In this document: positions 54,742 through 64,000 of the stretch, one piece after another | Layout of the letters: each line of letters starts with the position of its first letter | Numbering within the stretch: the stretch's first letter is position 1 | Assembly (NCBI RefSeq): GCF_021028975.2 | Contig: NC_059425.1 | Span: 28,458,001-28,522,000, forward strand | Origin: Sphaerodactylus townsendi | Lineage: Eukaryota | DNA: 64,000 nt | Direction: 5' to 3' | Position numbers and translations under genes: made by a program | Notes under the pieces: model-generated | Seen by the model: only the letters and a program-made list of their open reading frames with translations | What the model was told of the DNA's origin: nothing | Databases searched by the model: none

Positions 54742-57714
54742 TATCAGCTGCTACAAGTGATTGCTTTTACTAACAGATAGAAATATCTAAAGTAACATTT
54801 CTAATTTAAACATTAGATGCAATCCTAAAGAACTTACAATGTAATAAACAGCACCCACATATATATGTAAATAAGAATATCCTAAACTAACATTAATAAA
54901 CCTTGAATCAACTGGAAAACCTAGTTAAGACGTATGAGTGACATAAGCATAAACATTAGGCAAACAATAAATCCAACACTGAGGGGCCTACACTAAGTCT
55001 TAAAAGAAATAAAAGCAGGAAGAAAATCATGTGAAACATTGGCACAACCACATATACACGTCCTTTCCAGACCCTATGGAGACTTCTGGGTAATACTGGT
55101 CTCTTTGCTCTGGTCCTTAGCCAGTGCAGTCTAGCGATAGGCTTAGGAAAATATTTTTTAATATTTTCCTGGCGGTAACAATAGCATATTGACAAGCAGG
55201 TTTTATTCCCCCAAAACTTGTGCTGAAATACCACATGGCTAGCCTTTAAGGCGGTACAAGATTTCTAGTCCTTTTTATTTTCACTTAAACGGCTGTCCCT
55301 CTGGAGCTATTAGCCAATTTATTGCCTCAGTCGGAAGCTTTCCTCGGCTAAAGCCCACTTCATAGAAAGAGAAAAACGCATCTCGTGCCTGTGACCCAGT
55401 GGGACTGCTGCCCAGAAAGCTTCTGGCAGAATAATTCTTTTATTCTCCAGGGTGGCTTTTTCTAACATTTGCTGTTTGTAACTGTTAACGCTTCGGACCA
55501 CTGCCTGATGCCTTCTCCAACAGTTCAATAGCATTTCTCTCTGTCTTTTTATTTAAACTTCTGAATGTTTCCTCTGTTTCACAACAAGTGGGCAAGAAAG
55601 GGTATTTGTTGAGAGAGAGTGAGGCTGAGGTTGTCTCAAAGCACCACACCAAGGTTTGAGTATCTTTCACTGAATCTTTCTGTGGATTCCAGCTTTTTAC
55701 TTCTGAGTATGTCTTTACTAAAGGCTTGGTACCCTGCCTTTCCTTTTGGCGACTGGTGGCATACTAACCCACAGGTGGAGAAGCCTGCCAATTGTGACTT
55801 GGAACAAGAAAGGGGAATCGCAGGGGGAAATCGACAAGACCATTGCCCCTTTACCCCAAGCCCAATAAAAACAATGTTCAAAACTGCTGTGAACACCAGC
55901 TGATGAGTAGTAGAGAGTGCCTCTTGAGCATGCATAGAGTATTTTTCTTTCCTTCACTCAAATTTGCAAGCTGGTTCTGAGCCCCTTATAACTATTACAT
56001 TTGCATTAACCCCTTCTTTCAAAAAGCAAAGGATGGCACACATGGCCTTGTCTCATTTTGTCTACACAACAACCCGACAAGGTAGATGAGCCTGGAAGGC
56101 TAACTATACGGCATAATAGATTAGATTTTCCCAAAGCCACGAAGAGGCTGAGTCGCGATTTCAACACAAATCTTCCTGGCAGAGGCTCAACAGTCTCTGC
56201 ATTGTTCTTGGTTGCCTGGCTCGAAAGGTTACGGATGCACACCATCCCTCCCCTTTACACGACACCTCTGGGATGATGTGGAAAAACAAGGCAAACTGAA
56301 ATCTTATTCATTTATTTTTATGACACTGATAGCCAAATGTTCTCCCCAATGGGGACCCAAAGCTGTTTATATCTTGCAACAACCCTGTGATGTAGGCTGA
56401 GAGTGTGTGCCTGGCTCAGGGTCATCCAGTGAGCTTCTATGGCATTGGGGATTCGAACCTGGGACTCTCAGTGTTGGGCTAGGAATTGGGAGAATCAGGT
56501 TAAAATCTCAGATGTGCCATGGAAGCTTGTAGGGTGACCTTTGGCCAGTCCCAGTCACACGCTCTCAGCCAAATCTACCTCACAGGGTTGTTGTGAGGAT
56601 AAAGTGGAGGAGAGTTATGTAAGGCACCTTGTGACCCCATGTGGGAGGAAAGGTGGGGTACAAATGACACAAATAAATACATACTGTATCACACTGCCTC
56701 TTTTTAAAAGTGTGACAGAAATCTATTTCAATTTTTAAAAATCTGTTTTGTAATATACAACAACAACAACAAAATATAACACAAATCCCAGTGCGTTTCG
56801 AGCATCTTCTTTAGGGAAATGGTTGAAGTCAAACACATATAAACATTCGTCTAAATCCATAGCGCTTAGGCCCATTCTACATCAGCCAACAAACAAGGCT
56901 GTAGGATGCTATAAAACCTGTTTTGGCGGGAGGACTTTGCACAGATCCCGCCTCCAAAATGAGTCTGTCCTATTTTATTTCCCCCAACCTGGGTTTTTCA
57001 AAAATCTCTGAACTAGTTATTCTTTTGAAAAATCCTGAGTTGGAGCCGCTCCTAAGTGAATGACCAGGCAGGAGCCGCTTTATTTGCCTCTCTTTAACTG
57101 TGCCTTCAACGGGGAGAGCCTGCCATTGCCCACCTATTCCAGGGAAGTTCCTTTTCCTTAAAAAAAATTTGTGGGTTGCGTTTGCGTAGCTACGCAGGTG
57201 CAGCCAGTCATATTGTGGGGTGATTGGCATGGGTGTGGGGGTTCATCACTGCATGCCTGCATAGCTATGCATGTTTTGCCAGAAATTTTTTTAAAAGAGA
57301 GAAGCATCTCCCTGCAAAGGCCACAGCAACCCAGACTGTTTCCCTAGGCTCCAATCACTCCCTGCACGGGACACATGTGAATGGGTAAACAGGAAAACAG
57401 GTTCCTTTATCAGGACTGCAACCCGTTATACATTTATTGCGTGGAATTGTCCTTACATCTCTTTCTATCATTTTTGCTGGCGGCTTGTTTGAGGGCTACA
57501 TCTGGAAAGGGCAGCTGCCACTGTCCAAGGCGAGATAGGAAGAGACCTGTGGAATCCCAAAGCTCACGCCAGCTCTAGAGCTCTCTCCTAAGCAAACCGA
57601 AAAGGATCTTAAAACCAAAATCACACACAAAACCGATTTTGTAGTCCGCTTCGGTTAGGGATTCCTTGTACATACTCTGGGCTGGTTCTTACGAGATGAT
57701 GAGGGAGAGCCCAA

Positions 57715-57743
57715 TACACACACACACACACACACACACACAC
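57715..57743. repeat. (CA)n microsatellite at the edge of the CGREF1 CpG island
   Basis: Direct observation. Confidence 0.9.
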
Positions 57744-58260
57744 CCGGCCCGCAGCTCTTTTACGCCTCTTGCAGAAAGTCCCAGGTTCGATCCCCCGTGT
57801 AGCGTTGCTGACTGGCAGAACTGCTAGCAACAAAGACTGGGGAGAGCCGACGCAGGGAGCTTCATTCGCCACGCGGCCAGAGGGCGGGGGAAGGGGGCTG
57901 CCGGGGTGGGGCTGCGGTGGGGCGCAGGGCAGAGCCGAGCGAGGGACCGCCAGCGCCCGCCTCTCCCACCACACGACGCCACGTGGCCCCTGGGACTGCG
58001 CTGGGCCCCAAGCGACGGCGGAGGGAGAAAGAGGCAGCCCGTGTCCCCCTCCACCCCACGCGCCATCTGCAAGCCGAGCGGAGGTGGCTGCAGGCCGGTG
58101 CGTGACGAGGAGCCTTCCCCCCGCGTGTGCGCGGCCAGCCGTGGACGGCGCCGCACTGCAGTGTCAGGAGGGGAGAGGAAGGGTGGGCGGCGCGCGCGCC
58201 GGAGGGTCTGCCTGGGAGGGGGCTGGCACCTGCTGCACGTGGTTTGGGGGGGGGGGTGCT
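57730..58260 (+). promoter_or_regulatory. CpG island, probable CGREF1 promoter / non-coding first exon
   Basis: Very GC/CpG-rich, with GC boxes and a CTCF-like GCGGCCAGAGGGCGG at 57873-57887. Lies ~0.7 kb upstream of the first CGREF1 coding exon. Confidence 0.75.
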
Positions 58261-58724
58261 TTCAGATCGGAGGGCAGCTTGGTGCCTGCCAGAGGAATGA
58301 ATGGGCAGGAGTCGAGCCTCATCACTTTCGGGGGCTCCTCTCCGTTTGTCGAATATTTGCCTGGGATGTTGTGTGGCTGCTCGGTTTGGGTCACTGTGGA
58401 CAGCTTGCCTGTGTGTCTGGGGGGGTCCATCAGATGGCACCATTGTGCATGTGGACCTCTGGCTGACCGCTGTTGGAAACAGAATGCAGGAGGGGGGGAG
58501 GGGGGCAGAAAAATACCTGATAAGCAACTCACTATTTTGTGTAATGTACTCCACTGATCTGTTTGATTTGGGGGCATTTAAAACCATTTCTTTATCTTTA
58601 CACCCTGCTTTTTGCCCCAGTGGAGACCCAGGGCCATTTACAACATTCCTCCTTGACTTGTTTTGCTGCCAATAAAGGTATGAAATATGCCTTGACCCCT
58701 TTGTACCCATACTACTACCTAGAG

Positions 58725-58855
58725 CAGGGGTGTCCAACTCTGGCACCCCAGATGTTCATGGACTACGATTCCCATCAGCCAATTGGCCATGCTGGCAGGG
58801 ACTGATGGGAATCGTAGTCCATGAACATCTGGGGCGGCAGAGTTGGACATCCCTG
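58725..58855. mobile_element. Palindromic hAT MITE, same family
   Basis: Perfect TSD ACCTAGAG and long TIRs. Confidence 0.88.
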
Positions 58856-58991
58856 ACCTAGAGTAATAATGGTATATCATGCTGTGGGAAGTAGCCACTG
58901 GAGGTCTCCCTGCCATGCTGACCCCTTGCAGGGCATTCACTGATGCAGGCTCTTCATTTTCCTCCTAGGTTGGTTCCTGAATGGTGCCAGG

Positions 58992-60639
58992 ATGAAGGAG
59001 GTTCTTTTAGCTGCTCTGCTGCTCATTCTGCCAGTCAGCTGGGCAGCGCCAAAGGATGGCAGTAAGAGGTACCAGGGAGGGAAATGAGGAGGGGAAGGAA
59101 CCGGGAACTGCCTCTCTAAATCGGGGATGCTGGAGCAAGCAGGGTCTTCTCACACCTAGATGGATGGAATGAGAGTGGGGCCTTTTGTGTTTTGCCCCAT
59201 TTCAGATGCTCAGAAGGGCATTCTCCTCAGGAGTGGGCTGCAGAGTGAAAACGGCTCCAGAGCAAGTCAAGCCTTTGCTGTGCAGCAGTCCAGCCCTGCA
59301 GGGGTCACTCCATGCATTAGCTCACCACTGCATCACCCCCCCCAGATTGGATGCAGTGCGGGAGAAGACACCTACCACTATTCTTGATGTATGGGCTGGG
59401 CTGAGTGGCTCCTGAGCAATTGGCAGTACTGCTGGAGGTCTGCTCTGCTTGTTCCTGGCTTTCAGTAGCCCACCAGGACATTTCACTGTAAGTTAAATGG
59501 CCAATCAGCCCCTGATCTACCCCCTATCTTTGTTAATTCTAGGCCAGAGACCCTCAATGATTCAAGGGATCATCCGATCCTCAACCCTCTGCATCCAGGG
59601 AAGGAGAATGTGAGGTGAGTGGTTTGTCCCTTGCACCCACGCAAACACACACTGCCCATACCAAGTTTGCTTCCAGGTTTCTAAGCCTTGTTCAGCAGCA
59701 CCTTTTTGACTAGAGCGGAGGCAGAGATGCAGGGGAACAGAGAATAGATGGAGACAGTAATTGACAGGTAAAAGTTCCCTCCCATCCTGCTGTGATTCCC
59801 ACAAATTCACACCCCTGTCTTTAACAGGCATAACCACACCATGCGGCTCAAGTATAGAACCTCCTTCCCTTCAGTCCCAAAGATGAGCCATTCAGTTCTG
59901 ATTCCTCGCCAAGCAGAAAAGACTCCCTTCTCCCACCCCAAGAACAAACTGGAAGTTCTCAGTTGTGCTTGGTGGCCACTCAGTGCATAACTAGAAAGAT
60001 GTCAACTGCAGAGCTCGTTTTCAGGGCTAAGGTTTTTATTTGTTTGTTTGTTTGATTTCTAAACCGCCCTCCCCTAGGGGCTCAGGGCGGTGAACAACAA
60101 TGATAAAACAACTTAAAAACATACCATAAAAACTTATTTGCAATAATAAGAATAAAAACCGGAACCATATCTCATCAGATGGTGTCATCCTCCCCCCTCC
60201 CTACCTTTATGCCCACAGGAGGCCAGATGAAATGGCAGCGATGTTTTCAACCAGGTTCTGCCCATGCACAGAGTGTAGTTTCTTCACTGCTGAGTAGGGT
60301 TGGTGGTGAACCTTGCATACATGTGGGATTTTGGGATAAAGTTTCTAATGCGTTTTCCCTTTCCAGGCATACTTAAGTCCTGATTTCCCCCCCTGAAATT
60401 TATCAGGATACACAGGGCTCTGTCTCAGCTCATTTGGAGCAACTGGGTGCATATCTGAAAGCAATTCCAGGGCCCTTCAAGCAATACCTCCAGTCGCTAT
60501 CATCCTTTACCCTCACTCTGGAGCTTTCCAACTCTATCTGTACCAACTGGTGGTTCCATTTGTCACAGGATGCTCCAAGACTACTTGAAGAACGTTGGTC
60601 AGGTTGAGAAGGATGCTGATGCCATGACAAGGGAACAGG
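58992..60639 (+). CDS. CGREF1: Cell growth regulator with EF-hand domain 1, 5' part (EF-hand exons not found in the window)
   Basis: Exons 58992-59068 (signal peptide MKEVLLAALLLILPVSWAAPKDG; acceptor at 58968), 59543-59614 (PETLNDSRDHPILNPLHPGKENV) and 60569-60639 (MLQDYLKNVGQVEKDADAMTREQ). These match human AAPKDG / PNPFQPG / LLQSYLK...SREQ. Syntenic head-to-head with ABHD1. Confidence 0.92.
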
Positions 60640-60714
60640 GTAAGAACCACACTCGTGTTTGAGGCCAGCCTCTGGCAGTAGGTGGCATCTCTCGATCTCA
60701 TATCTAAAGGTCTG

Positions 60715-61050
60715 TCCCCTCCCCCTCCCTTGCATGCCACCCCTCCCCTCGCTAGGGTGGGTGGACCATATCCAGATCCCGGGTCCCCTCCCTTGCATGC
60801 CACCCCTCCCTCCCTCCCATTCCCTTGCATGCCACCCCTCCCCCTCCCTTCACTAGGGTGGGTGGGCCAGGTCCAGATGCGGGGGCCCCTCCCTTGCATG
60901 CCACCCCTTACTCCCCTTTCATGCCACCCCTCCCTCCCCTCCCTCTCCCTCTGGGTGGGTGGGCCATGTCCATATGCCGGGGCCCCTCCCTCCCCTCCCT
61001 TGCATGCCACCCCTCACTCCCTCCCATCCTCTCCCTCACTCCCTCCCTGC
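60715..61050. repeat. C-rich compound minisatellite in a CGREF1 intron
   Basis: About six copies of a cccttgcatgccacccct core nested in ~85-95-bp higher-order units containing gggtgggtgg. Confidence 0.85.
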
Positions 61051-61169
61051 AAGTACAGCATTTGGTTGACTGTTCTGAGCTGAAGCAGGATGAGTGGGTG
61101 ATCTGCCCCAAGTGCCTGGTGTTGTTTTGAGTGGATTGGTAGTAAGGAAATCCCAAGTCTGGGATTTCT

Positions 61170-61463
61170 GAGAGCCAGCGTGGTGTAATGGTTAATAGAA
61201 CAGGTGCACTCTAATCTAGAGAACCGGGTTTGACTCCCTGCTCTGCCACTTGAGCTATGGAGGCTTATCTGCTGAACCAGATTAGCTTGTGCACTCCAAC
61301 ACATGCCAGCTGGGTGATCTTGGGCTAGTCACAGTTCTTTGGAACTCTCTCAGCCCCACCTACCTCACAGGTGTTTGTTGTGAGGGGGGAAGGGAAAGGC
61401 GTTTGTAAGCTCCTTTGAGTCTCCTTACAGGAGAGAAGGGGGGGCATAAATCCATACTCTTCT
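61170..61463 (+). mobile_element. tRNA-derived SINE (Squam3-like), full length
   Basis: Head gagagccagcgtggtgtaatggtt...gggtttgactccc, family body, and ctcttctt tail. Confidence 0.87.
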
Positions 61464-62466
61464 TATCCCCTATCTCTATAGTTCTGCTGATGTTCTAGGA
61501 AACAGAGGGACACAAAGAATACATCTGAACAAATTTTACTGCATGACATGAGAAAAAGTGGAATGCAGCAACTTGCTGAATGAAGCATTCCAAAGCAAAT
61601 GCAGAAATAAGTTTCTAATGGAATTTTAAAAATGCAAACAAAGTAATAACAAAGTGTGTAGAACTTGCATGTTAACTGGACTGATCCATTAAAAGGAAAA
61701 AACCCTAAAGTAAAATTATAGAGTACATATCCTCATTAGGATCAAAGCAATTATCAAGCTTTTGATTTCCCCAGAACTCTTCTTCAGTCCAGTTGTTAAA
61801 CAAAAATGAGAACACAAAGGAGGGAAGTGAGGGGGGAAATATTACTGAACAAAATGGAGGATCTATGATGTAGATTTAATTAAGGTAGTCCATGCTAGAC
61901 ACAGAAAAGATTTTTGATTGCACCAAAGTCTGCTAGTCCAATATTGCTGAAGAACATATCTCACTCCCTTCCATAGGGTGTGTGTGTGGGTGTTTTTTGT
62001 ATAACATCCACTACTGATTTACTATAGTGTAATCTCAAGCTTACTTCATCAGGAAACTTCAGGGGCAGTGTATGTGTATGTTTCTATTTCTATTTACATT
62101 TATAACCCGCCCTTTACCACAGTCTTGGGGGAGGGGGGTTACATTGTATATATATTGAGTAGTGGGCAATATGTATGCCTATGTGTACACTATGTAGTAG
62201 AAAGGCCATAATGCCAGAGGTTTAATCCGGACCTTTTCCTTTTTTTCTGCTACCAAGACACAGGTACCTTATGGCAACCCTTCATAAGTGGTTCGCCATT
62301 GCCTGCCTCCGTGTCACGACCCTCATATTCCTTGGAGGTCTCCCATCCAACCACTAGCCAGGGTCAGGGTTCAAAGTCTGTGACTTGCCCAGCAAACTTC
62401 CATGATGCTAGTGGAGATTGGAACCTGGGTTTTCTAGGTCCTAGTTGGACACCTTAACCACTATAC

Positions 62467-62598
62467 CAGGGATGTCCAATTCTGGCGCTTCAGATTTTCA
62501 TGGACTACAATTCCCATCAGCCCCTGGTGGCATGGCCAAAGAGGCTGATGGAAATTGTAGTCCATGAACATCTGAAGCACCAGAATTGGACACCGCTG
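62467..62598. mobile_element. hAT MITE, same family, nested in a SINE head
   Basis: TSD CACTATAC/CACTACAC; interrupts a ttaaccactacacca SINE head. Confidence 0.8.
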
Positions 62599-64000
62599 CA
62601 CTACACCATACATTCCTATGCAAAACTAAATATATATACAAGTACAGTGACCATTCAGAATAACTGTAATTGGTGCTGACATAATCTCTATTGAGTAATT
62701 TAATAGCTATAATTGACCCAGAAAGTTACCATGTCTGTTCAAGGCCTGGTTAAGACAATTAAACTTATTGTTCAGTTCTACTTCAGCTGTTTCACACTGG
62801 AGTCGCTCTTTGAAGTTGAACAATGGTGACATCCATCTTGAGGAACAATTACAGAGATCTTGAAAGCTCCCTCCTGACTTTGTGATGTGTTAATTAATCT
62901 TGATAAAGATATCATCTAATTGTGCACAGAGGTATATTTTATTGATTTATTTAGACAATTGATATGCTGACTCTCCAGAGACCTGCTTGAGGCAGCTCAA
63001 CAAACAGAAGCAATATAATAAAATAATAAGCTGCAAAATAAAAGTTATTATTAAAACAAGCCACTAAAAATAAGTCAGGGATATAAAAACAATAAGGCAA
63101 ACACTGAGCAACCTAAAATGATGTTCAAGCAGACCCTTTAAAAAAGCTTTAACATATTGAAATCCTCAAAGCCTGGGTAAAAAAATGTTTTGGCTTTGCA
63201 CCTACAGGACTGTAATGAATTAGGTGCCACCACTGAAAAAGCCTTGTCACTGATTAACATCTACCTGACATCTGCAGATATGAAGGCGAGAGAGCAAGGT
63301 TTGGGAAGAGGGTCTTAAGTGGCAGGCGGGCTGGACAATACCTGAGGAGGCAGAGGGCCGTGACGTATGTACATCCTGATAAAAATAAAAAGCAAATTAA
63401 AAAGAGAATTTCAATTTTTTCAGATAATTTCTTCAGTCTGTTTAGACTTGAGTGACCCTACATAGGATTGTATTACACATCTCCTTTTGATTTAGCTGGC
63501 ATGTGATTCTTAGAAGGTGTGATGATTTAAGGCAGATTCCCACTCTTCTAATGTGAAATAATACTCATGAAGTTGAAGTTGGAAAAGGCTCTCAGATGAG
63601 AAACAGTCAGCATTTTTAATGCCTGGTGGCAATGATTCCACCTTAAAAGATGTCCTTCCCTTTCTCTGAGACATGGACTGAGTTGATGTGGCACATCACT
63701 GTTTCCCCCCTGCTGCCTTGTGATCAGCTTTGACCAACAGAAACCAAGAATAAAATTACATAGTGTAACACAGACCTAAAATAAGAAACTAGCTGGCTGC
63801 AGCTTACAGTACCTTGCCCTGTTGGAGGCTGAGGATGCTGCTGCACCTCAGCAGGCAAGCAACACATTTTGCTTCCTCTTCCCCAAGTTAGAGTGGCCTT
63901 TAGAGTGCTTTAGTGGTAACCTTAAAGCCAAGGGGGAGCTCTCTCTCTCTTTACAAATGCTGTTTGCAAGGATTTCCCTGTGTGGCAAGCAGTGCAACTT

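Noticed and set aside
57769-58746. Long overlapping ORFs (262 aa +, 294 aa -)
   Set aside because: Stop-poor GC-rich CpG island with no recognisable protein motifs.
60430-61156. Repetitive Pro/Gly-rich ORFs or a CRISPR-like array
   Set aside because: Translations of an intronic minisatellite; no unique spacers, and the context is a vertebrate genome.
61170-61250. tRNA gene
   Set aside because: The A/B boxes belong to a multi-copy SINE head; no complete cloverleaf.
60640-64000. CGREF1 EF-hand exons
   Set aside because: Looked for an LFALHDYD...LDGLE-like exon and did not find one; it presumably lies beyond the window.

Overview
Vertebrate genomic DNA, most likely a squamate reptile and probably a gecko (inferred from the repeat content). 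The window holds an intact syntenic block matching human 2p23.3 in inverted order: SLC5A6 (+, 15 coding exons, ~627 aa), TCF23 (-, 3 exons, ~210 aa, exon 1 tentative), PREB (+, 9 exons, ~412-420 aa), ABHD1 (-, 9 exons, ~424 aa) and the first three coding exons of CGREF1 (+). I built the exons by hand from GT-AG sites and phase continuity, comparing with human proteins from memory. Introns and intergenic DNA contain a decayed 2.8-kb CR1 LINE, several CR1 3' tails, tRNA- and 5S-derived SINEs, hAT, Tc2-like and Harbinger MITEs, a solo LTR, Penelope-like fragments and one 131-N gap. The most notable observations are hammerhead-ribozyme cores in the Penelope-like repeats, two SPIN/URR1-like MITEs upstream of TCF23, a solo LTR with twin TCF/LEF sites pointing at ABHD1, a templated-insertion scar, nested inverted CR1 pieces and a SINE inserted into a 5' splice site. 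There is also a possible decayed gene between ABHD1 and CGREF1. I found no clearly novel protein system; most short ORFs in the track are spurious.
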